Positions 1 to 12,750 of a DNA stretch of 64,000 nt are shown here, in pieces (position 1 is the stretch's first letter; each line of letters starts with the position of its first letter). Below the pieces are notes generated by a model that worked only from the letters and a program-made list of their open reading frames with translations, did no database searches and was not told where the DNA came from. This DNA is from the human T2T-CHM13v2.0 reference genome, Homo sapiens. The stretch is taken from assembly GCF_009914755.1 (NCBI RefSeq), contig NC_060946.1; one strand, written 5' to 3'. The translations under genes and the position numbers were made by a program.

Positions 1-165
1 AGAAGGTCATGGAAGAGCGGTTGACCCAGGCATAGTTCCCAGCAGCTGCCATTCCCTTCAGATAGTCTTGACCCTCTGGGGAAGCGATTCGAGCACAAGC
101 CAACTGCCGATCATTGACTATAATCTTGTCTCTCTTCATGGCCTTCTCCATAGCTACCAGCGCAT
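1..165 (-). CDS. RTCB: RTCB exon 8 (truncated by window edge)
   Basis: tccAG|AT; [55 protein letters not shown]. Confidence 0.96.
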
Positions 166-740
166 CTGGAACAAGAGCCACAAAGTCCAAACCAGTTAGC
201 TTTCCCTTAAATGAACAGTTCAGATTTACTGCAGAAAGGTAGGCTACATTCAAATTCATTCCACAAAAAAACCCAATGAAAGCCAACTTTCCCTTTAATG
301 TGTTTCTGAGTTCATCTATTTGCTCAGTCAAGACGTACTTGAGAATCTTTCAGAGTGCAGTGACAGTTTGGGGGACACAAAGTCAACATTTGCCCTCTAG
401 GAACTTGAAAGAGAATGGGATGTGTAAACAAATAGCCACAAGATGGTCTTCATTACTCCTTTCTCAATATGTGAATGCATGGGAATAGTAGTAGCAAAAT
501 ACATTTTGTTGCCTTCATGATTAATCAAATCCATGACAAAATGCAGAGAAGTACTCAGGGGAATGTTCTGAAACACTAGTTGACACTTCGTATATCTGCT
601 AGGTTAAATAGTCTAGAGGGTCAGGCTGGCACAAATTATTAAATTCTCACACAATAAAATGGACTAGAGGCTGATCTGTAACATGGAATTTTAAGCTTAT
701 AACAATTTCCAGGCATCTATATACCTTTTCATTGATTCGC

Positions 741-1139
741 TGTTGGAGGCCGAAAGAATGAGGGTCGTGAACAACTCAGTATACCACTGGAGGCTATGAG
801 TAAACAGCAAACTGTTCTTATGAATGCAAGATGCTGGCAAGCTGACAACTGCGTCTGTTGCCCAGAAGGAATGCTGAGGGCAGCCACGCCCCAGGCACAA
901 GTGTTTCTTGTGACAGGCACATGTGAAGCCTGTTAGCAATAATATGAACCTGGGATCAATCAAGCAGCTGACCAATAGTTACCTCCTCCTCCCTGCTCTT
1001 TCTACCCAATAAATACAAAGGGCTGTGGAAGCTCACTAGAAGCAAGAAGCCCCTGACTCCTTCTTTAAAAGTTTCTTTTGTTTTTTGTTTTCATTTCTGC
1101 GTTCATCCCGCTTCATTCAGTCCTGTAGTAACCGTCACA
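741..1139 (+). mobile_element. Solo LTR, LTR3A-like (HERV-K HML-6)
   Basis: TGTTGGAGGCCGAAAG...GTAACCGTCACA with TG..CA ends, internal CCAAT and AATAAA, degenerate 6-bp TSD attcgc/attcat; matches the recalled LTR3 consensus. Confidence 0.8.
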
Positions 1140-1856
1140 ATTCATACATTATTTCACACACCCTCCAAGCTATCCAAAAGGACCTATCCAATATTTCGCT
1201 GCTTCCTGCTTTTGTTCATGCTGCCTTTGTCACCAGTCTTTGTGTGTAATTGTCCAAACTGTGAGATCCAGCTCAACACTGGGTCCATGAAGCCATCTCC
1301 AAAATCTTTTTCCTAAATGTGTTTTGTTTGACTCTCCTATATAATTAATTGCTACCTTTTAATATTTATTTTTTCTTTTAAATGGACATGACCTTTACTT
1401 CATGAGACAATTTGAGTGCAAAGTATCTGCCTCTTTCATCAGCAAATCCACCATCACATCTAATGTTGCAGAGCAGGTATATGATACATAATCTGCCAAA
1501 TGAAAGCCTATTTCATAAATTCCACTCTTTACACATTTCTTGCTCTTTCTTGGCCAGATAGTAACTCATAAGAGTAAACATAACAATAACTGCAACTAAC
1601 ATTTATTGAGTGTTTACTAATGTCAAACATTAAGTGCTTTACATATATTATTAACTTTCCATGATAATTCTATATGAAATAACTATTATACTCATTTTTT
1701 TAGACAAGAAAGTTATGGCCCAGTGAATTTGTCCAAGTTATTTAATTGTTGAGGACTCAGGATAAAACCCATGCAGTATATTTCAGAGTTTTCGCTCTTA
1801 AATTTCTATCTGGTTGCCCATAAAATGTACATTTTAGCACAAAGTCTAGAATATAC

Positions 1857-2016
1857 CTGTGGCTACTTGGTGGCCCAAGCCTCTGCTTCCACTGTGGATC
1901 ATCACACACACCTGTCCCTTATGGTCGATGCCCATTTTTTTAGCAGCATACTCATTGAAAATCTCATCCACAACCTGGATTTCTGCATAATGGTTGCCTG
2001 CTCCCAGGGTCCCCAA
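1857..2016 (-). CDS. RTCB: RTCB exon 7 (H227, H259)
   Basis: gcAG|TTG; [14 protein letters not shown]...[15 protein letters not shown]; G|GTATAT; 160 nt. Confidence 0.97.
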
Positions 2017-2254
2017 CTGCAAATGTAAAAATGTCTGGTAAGATAGTTTTTATTCCAGTTTTTTTTTTAATCTATTTAAAAACCAAAAAGATAAAAACAA
2101 ACTAACAACAAAATAAACATACAAATAGTGTTTCAGTAACAAAAAAATTCCTAAGCTATAGAAGTGTTTCATTTACAATATTCTACACAACAAAATAACG
2201 TAGACTAGCTCCTGAATTTTGTTATATCATTATATGCTTGGTATACACATATAA

Positions 2255-2550
2255 AAAACTAACACAGGAACAGAAAACCAAACACCACGGGTTCTCACTC
2301 ATAAGTGGGAGCTGAACAATGAGAACACATGGACACAGGGAGGGGAACATCACATACCAGAGCCTGTCGAGGAGTGGGAGGAAAGGGGAGGGAGAGCATT
2401 AGGACAAATACCTAATGCACGTGGGGCTTAAAACCTAGATGATGGACTGACAGGTGCAGCAAACCACCATGGCAAATGTATACCTATGTCACAAACCAGC
2501 ACATGTATCCCAGAATTTAAAGTAAATAAATTAATTTTTTAAAAAAAGCT
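2255..2550 (+). mobile_element. L1PA (approx. PA7-PA10) 3' end fragment
   Basis: aaccaaacacc..ttctcactcataagtgggagctgaac..ggggcttaaaacctagat; A-rich tail. Confidence 0.85.
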
Positions 2551-2962
2551 TCATAAACAAAAAAAATCAAGCTTTTAAATGGTTCATGGGATATTTTAAA
2601 CATCACAAAGAGTCAAATTTTGGGATAAATGTTGGTAAATGTTGACTCTTAGACAAGGTCCAAGTTCAAATGATTTTGAAACATCTATGAGTTCATGGAC
2701 ATCCACCATTATTTATAACTGAAAGAACATATACCACAACTACAGCTAATATTAATAGATGATTTAGAGAACTAGAGAATGTCAGTGCTGGAAGAGTCTT
2801 TAGACGTTGCCTAGTTTTAACCATCCCAGTTTTCCATAAGAAAATGAGATCCAGAGAAGACAGTCTTGCCCACGTGTCACACTGAATTAGTGGCAAAGCC
2901 TTCACAACTAGCTGTAATTTCAAACATCTAGTATATTCTTATCTCATGGATACCATCTGTAG

Positions 2963-3348
<386 letters not shown>

Positions 3349-3518
3349 CTGATAGTTTTTTTAGAATAAAAATGAAGCATAAACAAATTTGTATTTTTTG
3401 ATATACCATAAAAAAACCTGGGAATATGTTTGCTAAATGTAAGATATAGATTTTTTTCCCCCAATAAAAACAAAATATGAAAAAAAAATTAACATGTTGC
3501 CCCTCCAAAGTGAGTTAC

Positions 3519-3675
3519 CTGAGGAAGGCCTCTTTTCTTCGCCCTTGCAGAAACTTTATTGGGGTCAGCTTGCAGCATCCTTCCGTACTCCTCGCAGTGC
3601 TCCTTGTCTTCAGCCCAGGCATACCCTTCTCTTAAGGACCAGTCCACCCCCATCTCCAAGGCCTCCTCCAAGTCT
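3519..3675 (-). CDS. RTCB: RTCB exon 6
   Basis: tccAG|A; [12 protein letters not shown]...AKKRGLPQ; CAG|GTAACT; 157 nt. Confidence 0.97.
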
Positions 3676-4374
3676 CTGGATAAGTATAAAAGGTGCTAGT
3701 CATCTCACAGCAAAGGCAGATCAAAACCTAAGGATGACCACATCCTTAAAGGGCAGAGAAAAACTCGACATTTACTATCTCCTGTGTTCCAAGCCTTGAG
3801 TCAGATACAAAGTTTAAGCTCTCAGTAACTGGTTTTTTGAGGAATGCAGTCATATAAATAATTCCAATATAAAATGATAAATGCCCTATTAGACATCATT
3901 ATAGTTCTACTTGACATTTATACTGCTCCTTGTTAATTTTCAAATCTTTTTTATATTCAGTTTTGCCTCTCTGATCCTGAATTCCATGAGGTAGTGATTA
4001 AACAGACAAAAACAAAACAAAACAAAAAACAACAACAACAACTCTGTAACCTTAATCAGCTATCACTCTCTAACGACTAATTCAACCAGGTACACACCTT
4101 AACCATTTATGAATTACGGTCAAATAAATGAAGGTATCTAGAATTCCTCAGGCAACACAGGTTAAATTTTAAGCTCTTTTCCCATCTTCACAGAAGTTCT
4201 GAGTGGCTTACGGCACCTCCATTTTGAAGCTGAGGTACACGTACATTAAACCCTTAGAGGGTACAAGCTTTAACCTTCATCCAAGGTCCAGCTCTCTTCT
4301 AAAACACTGCCAGGAAAAACTACACTTTTCAATGTTCTCTCCCCACTACCCCAGATGACAGCCCATTTCACTAT

Positions 4375-4452
4375 CATTATTTCATTTTGTTATTATTTTT
4401 TACTGCTCCTTGCAGAGCAGGGTCACCCCATAGGCAGTGTGCCCAGAGTAGA
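4375..4452 (-). mobile_element. Very short retroposed LTR-like (MER41-type) fragment with A-tail and TSD
   Basis: Minus-strand body ctactctgggcacactgcctatggggtgaccctgctctgcaaggagcagt, followed by an A-rich tail; flanks cccatttca(c/g)tat. Confidence 0.65.
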
Positions 4453-5006
4453 CCCATTTCAGTATTAGTAGACAAAATTCCTATCTAAAATGTTTATAAA
4501 GATGTTTGGAATTTGTGTGTTCCACGTATGCTTTTCAAATTGGGGCTGCATGTCAGGGATCATGTGAAATCACAGACCACGCATCATCCAAGTATACTGA
4601 TTTTACTTAGGTATTTTTTTTGGTTAGGGGGAGTTAAATAACATTACAAGTAACAGCTAAAAACATTTTTTTCTATTAATTATAATGCAAAGTTCACATA
4701 AATTTGAAGGATAAAGCAAAATATTAAAGAAACATAGCTAGCACACTATTCTGCTACTGAAGTACTCTGCAAAGTTTAGGGTGCACTGCTTTGCATAAGC
4801 TATGACACGGTAAAATCTATGGCCATCTGAGAGATACACTATAGCATTATATTTAATCCTCTACTTACCAAAGAACACATCCAGTGCTATCATTCAAAGA
4901 GGAAGGTTGGGGTTAAATAGGCTTAATGACAAAAGGCAGTAGGATTCAGAATACAGCTTCTGAAGTCAAAGGATCTTTGGTTTGAATCCTGATATCACCT
5001 ACTAAG

Positions 5007-5301
5007 TTTTTTTTTTTTTTTTTTTTAATTGAGACAGGGTCACTCTGTTGCCCACGCTGGGGTGCAGTACTGAGATCTCAGCACACTGCCGCCTTGAACT
5101 CCTGGTCTCTCAAGGGATCCTTCTGCTTCAGCCTCCTGAGTAGGTGGGACTACAGTCACAAGCCATCATGCCTAGTTAATTTTTTTTTTTTAGAGACGAG
5201 ATCTATGTTGCCTAGGTTCATCTTTTACTCCTGGACTCAAGTGATCCTCCTGCCTTGGCCTCCCAAAGTGTTGGGATTCTGTAAACCCAACCACACCTGG
5301 C
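5007..5301 (-). mobile_element. AluJ
   Basis: Alu consensus, poly(T) on + strand. Confidence 0.85.
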
Positions 5302-5663
5302 ACTAAGCTTATTACCTCTCTAAACCTCAGTTTTCTTTCTTGTAAGTTAGGGAAGATAATAGGGTTATTGTCTGGATGAAATGATATGATGCTCAGCACC
5401 TTACGCATAGAAAGTGCTCAATAAACGTTGGTGGATATGATGTTATTATAAATACTACTCTATGTCAAAGGCTGTTATAACATCGGTTGACTAATGTCTC
5501 CAATAAATGGGCTGTACCTCATGCTTAAAAAAACAGTTCTTACTACTTCCTGAAAAGTAACTGAACAATCCTCATCTCTCAAGTGTACTGCACTGGAAAG
5601 GAAGCTGAAGGTCATGTGGTTATTATCCCTCCCATACCATGTACTGGAAACGTGTGCTCTTAC

Positions 5664-5820
5664 TTGGCATTCATTGGGATGACACCTTTTGACCCCACCC
5701 CAACAGGAATGTGGTCAAACATAGCTTGGGCAAGTTGCTCCTTCACAGGCTGGACATCACTTTCATCTAAATTGGTTCTTAGCAAGCGGACACCACAGTT
5801 GATGTCAAACCCGACACCAC
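5664..5820 (-). CDS. RTCB: RTCB exon 5 (D119, C122)
   Basis: gtAG|GT; [14 protein letters not shown]...GVIPMNAK; AA|GTAAGA; 157 nt. Confidence 0.97.
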
Positions 5821-6366
5821 CTACAAAATAGAGAAAAGTTAGCAAAACCAGCTGGTAAGGCACTGTTACCTGCAGTTTCTCGCCATTAATATGGAACTAT
5901 AAAGATACCCATTCTTTTAAAGATAACTATGTTTTAAAGTAGACAACAAAGTGGTTCTTTGCTGAGTAAAGCTTGATGACACCAAGATAATCTAAAGTAA
6001 CATACACACTAAAGGCACTTTATGGACAAGGGAGGCAGCAATGAACATTGAGTAACATGTAAAACAGAGATCAAAATATGCCTCTCTTTTCTTCTTGACC
6101 ACTGTTTTCACAGGTTCATGAATTTTTTCAGTCTTTTCAAATAACCAACTTTTGCGTTTCTTGGTCCTTTCTATAACATATCTTTCCATTTCACTAATTT
6201 TACTCCTAATTATTCCATCTTTCTACTTTTTTAGGGTATAATTTGTTGTGCTTTCTAGGGTCACTGATATTCCAGCCTTTCTTCTTTCCCAATTTGTGCA
6301 TTTAAGGCTGCATGTTTCCATTCAAAAAGGACATTAACAGTGACCTCAAAATTTTAGACATAAGTA

Positions 6367-6665
6367 CTTTTATTTTTCATTTTTGAGACGGAGTCTCACT
6401 CTGTCGCCCAGGCTGGAGTACAGTGGGGTGATCTCGGCTCACTGCAACCTCCGCCTCCTGCATTCAAGTGATTCTCCTGCCTCAGCCTCCCGAATAGCTG
6501 AGATTACAGGCGTGCGCCACCACACCCAGCTAATTTCTTTTATTTTTAGTAGAGACGGGGTTTCACCATGTTGGCCAGGATGGTCTTGAACTCCTGATCT
6601 CATGATCCACCCACCTCAGCCTCCTAAAGTGCTGGGATTACAGGCGTGAGCCACCACACCTGGCT
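6367..6665 (-). mobile_element. AluS
   Basis: Alu consensus. Confidence 0.9.
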
Positions 6666-6668
6666 GAC

Positions 6669-6961
6669 TTTTGTTTTTTTGAGACAGGGTCTTGTTCTCT
6701 CACCCAGGCTGAAGTGCAGTGGAGTAATCATAGCTCACAGCAGCCTCGACTTCCCGGCTCGAGCAATCCTCTCACCTCAGTCTCCTGAGTAGCTGGGACT
6801 ACAGGTGTGTGCCACCAGGCCTGATTAACTTTTGTATTATGCGTAGGGATGGGGTTTCACCATGTTTCCTAGGCCAGTCTCAAACTCCTGGGCTCAAGTG
6901 ATCCTCCTGCCTCGGCCTCCCAAGATGCTGGAATTATAGGTATGAGCCACCGCATCCAGCC
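6669..6961 (-). mobile_element. AluJ
   Basis: Alu consensus, tandem to the previous Alu. Confidence 0.88.
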
Positions 6962-7041
6962 TATAAGTATTTTTTAAATCATTTTCTCCTCAGCTTGAGA
7001 GATGACCGGCAAATAAATGGCAAATAAAAACTGTATATATT

Positions 7042-7343
7042 GGCAGGGTGCAGGGGCTCGTGCCTGTAATCCCAGCACTTTGGGAGGCCGAGGCGGGCGG
7101 ATCATGAGGTCAGGAGATCGAGAACATCCTGGCTAACGCAGTGAAACCCCGTCTCTACTAAAAATACAAAAAAATTAGCGGGGTATGGTGGCGGGTGCCT
7201 GTAGTCCCAGCCACTCAGGAGGCTGAGGCAGGAGAATGGCGTGAACCCAGAAGGCGGAGCTTGCAGTGAGCCAAGATTGCACCAGTGCACTCCAGCCCGG
7301 GCAACAGAGCGAGACTCCGTCTCAAAAAAAAAAGAAAAAAAAA
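7042..7343 (+). mobile_element. AluY-like
   Basis: ggagaatggcgtgaaccc diagnostic; TSD ctgtatatatt. Confidence 0.9.
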
Positions 7344-7503
7344 CCTGTATATATTTAGGTGTACACAATGTACATTTACATTGTGAAGTAATTATCACAA
7401 TCAAGCTAATTAACCTATTTATGATCTCACAGTTACTTCCCCTTCTGTTTTTCTGGTGAGAACATTTAAGATTTATTTTCTTAGAAAATGTCAAGTACAC
7501 AAT

Positions 7504-7627
7504 ATTTTATTTTAGAGACAGGGTCTTGCTTTGTTGCCCAGGCTAGGTCATAGCTCACTGAAGCCTCCAAGTCCTGGGCTCAAGCTATCCTCCCACCTCA
7601 GCCTCTGAATTGCCTGGGACTATAGGT
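7504..7627 (-). mobile_element. Partial Alu
   Basis: gagacagggtcttgc..ctcagcctc..gggactatagg. Confidence 0.7.
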
Positions 7628-7628
7628 A

Positions 7629-7674
7629 TTAGGCTGGTGCAAAAGTAATTGTGCTTTTTGCCATTAAAAGTAAT
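7629..7674. mobile_element. MADE1 (mariner MITE) half element
   Basis: TA followed by ttaggctggtgcaaaagtaattgtgctttttgccatta; second arm absent. Confidence 0.75.
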
Positions 7675-8345
7675 ACAATACAATACATTATTATTAACTA
7701 CAGTCACTATGTTATACATTAGATTTCCAGAACTCATTCATCTTAAAACTGAAATTCTGTATACTCTAACATCCACCCTGTTAGCACCATTCTACTCTCT
7801 CTGTGAGTTTAACATTTTTAGATTGCACATATGGGCAAAATCATGTAGTATTTTCGTTTCTGTGTCTGGCCTATTTCTCAGCATATCCTCTAGTTTCATC
7901 CATGCTGTAGTAAATGGCAGGATTCCCTGTCTTTTCCCTTCAATTTTAAAAGATTGATTTCTTTCTTTATTAAGGTTGAATAATGCATTCAGGCTGTTTC
8001 CGTATCTTGGCTACTGTGAACAATGCTACAATGAACATGGGAGGGCAGGTATCTCTTTGGATACTGATTTCATTTCCTTTGGATATACACCCAGTGATGC
8101 AATTGCTGGATCATATGGTAGTTCTATTTTCGATTTTTTGAGGAATCTCCATACTGTTTACCATAATGGCTGTGCCAATTTACACTCCCTCCAATAGCAT
8201 AGAAGGGTGTCCTTTACTTAACTCAATGTCAATTTTTAGACACAAGTATTTTCTACTTACATTAGTTATTTTCTCATTTCCATAGTTTTGTTTTTGACTC
8301 ATGGGTTACTTAAAAGTATACTACTTAATTTCCAAATATATGGAT

Positions 8346-8874
8346 TTTCTTTTTTGAGATCATGACAGACTAGAGTGCAGCGGTGTGATCATAGCTCACT
8401 GTAGCCTCAACTTCCTGGGCTCAGGTGGTTCTCTGGATTCGGCCTTCCCAGTAGCTAGAACTACAGATGTGCGCCACCATACCCAGCTATTCTAAAACTT
8501 TTTGTAGAGATGGGGGTCTCCCTATGTTGTGCAGGCTGGTTTCAAACTTCTGGTCTCATGTGATCCTCCTGCTTTGGCCTCCCAAAGTTTTTCTAGTTTG
8601 TTTGTTTGTTTTTGAGACAGGGTCTCACTCTGTCGCCCATGCTGGACTGCAGTGGCGCAATCTCAGCTCACGGCAACCTCTGCCTCCTAGACCCAAGTGA
8701 TCCTCCCACCTTGGCCCTCCCAAGTAACTGGCACTACAGGCGCATGCCCCCATGCCCGGCTAATTTTTTGTATTTTTTTTTTTTTAGAGACGGGGTTTTG
8801 TCATGTTGCCCCTGGCTGTTCTCAAACTCCTGAGCTCAAGCCATCCGCCCGCCTTGGCCTCCCAAAGTGCTAGG
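8346..8874 (-). mobile_element. Two tandem old Alus
   Basis: Two Alu dimers at 8346-8588 and 8589-8874. Confidence 0.85.
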
Positions 8875-8939
8875 TCTAGTTTTTATTTAAACCATTTCTA
8901 ATTTAATTCCACTGTGGTCAGAAAATATCCTCTTATATG

Positions 8940-9261
8940 AGTGGGTTCTTTAGTATGGTCCAGAGACCCTGGGGTGGGGGTGAGGGGGAAGACCATTTCA
9001 GGTGTGTAAGATTCATTTTATAATACTAAGACATTATTTGTCTATTTTATTCATATTCTCCCATGACTGTACAGTGAGATTTCTCAAAAGCTATATGACA
9101 TAACATCTTTGTTCTAATGGATGAGACATGTACTTATATATTCTTGTCTTTAAAAAATGTGTTTTAATTTCTAATAAGGTAAACATTGATAAGAGTCTGA
9201 GATTAATCCTCAATAATTATTACTAAAGTGGTCCCGAGTGCAAAAAGTTTGAGGACTGCTG
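8940..9261. mobile_element. hAT-Charlie family non-autonomous DNA transposon
   Basis: gtgggttct...taatactaagacattattt...aaaagtttgaggactgctg. Confidence 0.55.
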
Positions 9262-10102
9262 GTCTATATGATTTCAATGCTTTGAAATTTGATGCCTGCT
9301 TTACCGCTCAGCATGTGGTCAGTTTTGGTAAACTGTGTGCATTTGAAAAAAAATGTATACTCTGCACTGCTTGGCTGTACTACAATGCAAGTGCACATAC
9401 ACACACACAACCACACATGTATATTAGAGGTCACGTGTCAAGTTTGTTATTGGATCATTCAAATCATGTATATTCTTACTGACTGAAATTTGCAGTCACC
9501 TCCAAACAGCCCTACATGTAGGGCTCACATATCTGGAACTTTTTCTTCTTTTCCTCTAGATCTTGACTTCGCAAATTCTTACTGCCTTAGCAGATTTTCT
9601 GTGCCTTCAAACAGATTTAAGAAAAAATTTTTTACCCAGCCTTTCTAATTATTTTCAGCAGGGGATTGGTCTGAAACAACCTAGTCCACCACTGCTAGAA
9701 ACAGAACTCTCAAGATGTCATTTAAACTTCATTTCTAAATTCACACTCTTTAACAGCAAAGATATTACTTCTGATATAGAATGTTTATTGAAAGCACCCC
9801 ATAACCACAGCAGAAGGCGTATGCAACCTTCTGTATATTCAATGTTATCATTGAATAACAATGATAGTATTACTGAATATGTTCTACCTGCTTAGCACTG
9901 TTCTAAATATTTTACACAGCTGAACTCATCTAAGCTACTAATACTGTGTGGTCATTAACATTATTAGACGTGATCTGTCCACGAGGTAACTGATTTACAA
10001 AGATAAAAAAAAATTGCCAGTTTGTTTTGTAGCCAAAGTCTGAATACCATGATGTTTGGTAGGAGCCTCCCAAAATTTTCAATAAAAATATGCTTTGCTT
10101 GA

Positions 10103-10537
<435 letters not shown>

Positions 10538-10578
10538 AATGCTACACACTTAACAGCAGATGTCCACAGTGATCTTAC

Positions 10579-10678
10579 CTGGGGATACTACTGCTTCAGG
10601 GTCATTCATATCAAAGGCTGCCATGTTCCCAATAGCAAACCCATATCCTGAATGGACATCAGGAAGCCCAATAGATCG
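10579..10678 (-). CDS. RTCB: RTCB exon 4
   Basis: ttcAG|CGA; [33 protein letters not shown]; G|GTAAGA; 100 nt. Confidence 0.96.
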
Positions 10679-11442
10679 CTGAAAAAGAATTAGAAAATGA
10701 AATACAAGTGTCTTGACCTGCTACCCTGGATGCCCTGATGGACCTGACACTGATTCTCAAACAGGTTGCAGGCTGAAGCTTTCCCTAAATCAAGACTGTG
10801 TTTTCACAAAATCTTCTATATGCATGGAAATAGTAAGAACTCCTAATCACAAAGCTAAATACAGTGAGAAAAAAACTTTTTTATAAGATCTGAATGTTAA
10901 TTAAGGAAATACAAAACAGAAAAGCCTCAAAATAACATGATATAGGAGTAACACATACTAAGTTTAATGTACTATTACATTTTAAAAATAATCTTAAGAC
11001 ACTGACAAACTTTGGTTTGTCAGGTTAAGAAGAGGAAAATAACTGATTTATATAGGTCATTAGTTTAAGTAATCACAGCCAAATGTAATCCATTTGATGG
11101 TATAAATACTGTAGACTTCCTACATGTGGAGCCTAGAAAAGGACCCTGACCCAGGAAGAATGCAGGTCAAACACAGGATATATGGAGATACCCAGACACT
11201 AACAACTTCCTTATATACACAAGCCATACCATTTCATTCCCTCTACCAAGTGCCCAACATGGTAACTGGCATAAAGAAGACCTCAAAAATGTCTGCCGAA
11301 TAGATCCATTTTCAACATCTACCTCTGATAGAATATGAATGTTAAACTGTGGTGGGGGCTATGCTGTCCTCTCTTCCTCCCCCTCAGTGCTAACCCTTAA
11401 ACTTCTTGCCATTTCTTCTTCAATGATCCTCTGCATAGGAAG

Positions 11443-11521
11443 TGAAACTTACAACCAAGCGAAACTTACAATGAAACTTACATTGAAACAGTGAAGTGAA
11501 ACTTACAATGAAACTTACAAT
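11443..11521. repeat. Degenerate 12-bp tandem repeat (GAAACTTACAAT)
   Basis: Five gaaacttaca copies with interruptions. Confidence 0.85.
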
Positions 11522-11678
11522 GGTGGTGCACTGATCCAGGAATAATGTTACCATGATAAGAAACAAAACACAAAAACTACTTCGAAGGTTCTTAACACTT
11601 ACAGATTCTAGCCAAATGCATTCAGAAACTGAAATACCATCCAGATTCAATTATTTCTTTAGGTCCATGGTTATTTCC

Positions 11679-11968
11679 TTTTATTTTTTATTTTTAGGGA
11701 CAGGGTCTCACTCTGCCATCCACGCTAAAAGTGCAGTGGCGTGATCATGGCTCAGTGCAGTGTGGAACTCTGGGCTCAAGCAATCCTCCCACTTAGCATT
11801 CTAAGTAGCTGGGACAACAAGCATGTGACATCACACCTGACTAATTTTTTTGGTATAGACAGGGTCTTGCCATGTTGCCCAGACTAGTCTTGAATTCCTG
11901 GGCTCATGCAATCCTTCCATCTTGGTCTCTCAAAGTGTTGCGGGTGGCATGAGCCACTGAGCCTGGCT
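11679..11968 (-). mobile_element. AluJ
   Basis: Diverged Alu; TSD catggttat. Confidence 0.85.
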
Positions 11969-12091
11969 TCATGGTTATGTCTGGCTGTCCAAAGGTCATT
12001 GTCTAAATGACACCACTATCAGGCATGGCCATTCATCCATTCAATGGACTTTAAGAAATATAAATGATTAAAGTTCTGAACTCTGACTCAC

Positions 12092-12159
12092 ATGAACAAT
12101 TCCAGGCAGGGCTGCCACATTGCCAATCTGTTTCATGGCTGGCAGGAAGCCACCAACAC
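12092..12159 (-). CDS. RTCB: RTCB exon 3
   Basis: ttcAG|GT; [23 protein letters not shown]; CAT|GTGAGT; 68 nt. Confidence 0.96.
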
Positions 12160-12671
12160 CTGAAGACAAAAATTGGGTATTAGAAAAGACAACACACTTG
12201 ATTTTTAGCATGAATTATATTCATGTTTTTAGACTGTATAACATGAAGAGGTAGTCATTAGGGCTACTAAGACAACAAAGCCTAGAAGGATGTTTGAGAT
12301 GCAAGATGGAAGGGAGCTCCTTTTAGAGTCACTGTAAGTATTGCATGAGATAATCTCTGCAAAGCACCTAGTAACATGCCTGGAATATAGTAAGTGCAAA
12401 ACAAATGGTAGGTCACTTGCTATTATTGTTCAAGGTTAGCTGAGAAACAAGTTCTACCCAGCTTCAAATTCCAGATGGAGCTTCAAATCCGTTCTATAAC
12501 GCCAACTGGCTGACAATGTGATCACAAATAAGTAAGTGCTTTTGGTCTTACTTTTAAGTTGTAATCACTCCTTGACAATATTTCAAAATTATAATTATTT
12601 GAGTTGCCACTTTTTCAGGCCACAGGGAAGGCACTACCGTACTAACACAAGTGAAACTCTAATGTACTTAC

Positions 12672-12750
12672 CACCACCTCGACAGGCATTCCTTAATTCC
12701 TCAAACATCAATTTCTCCAGAGCATCATTCACATAGAAAACACCTTCAAC
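12672..12750 (-). CDS. RTCB: RTCB exon 2
   Basis: ctAG|GTTGAA; [26 protein letters not shown]; G|GTAAGT; 79 nt. Confidence 0.96.

Larger units (their letters stand above)
7010..8215 (-). mobile_element. Old L1MA-type 3' region, interrupted by Alus and MADE1
   Basis: ggtgagaacatttaagat, ttccgtatcttggctactgtgaacaatgc, gctggatcatatggtagttctatttt. Confidence 0.75.

Noticed and set aside
7042-7343. Alu exonisation / poison exon in RTCB
   Set aside because: The usual distal acceptor is mutated (cccGG instead of cccAG) and the usual donor position reads GC; no support from sequence alone.
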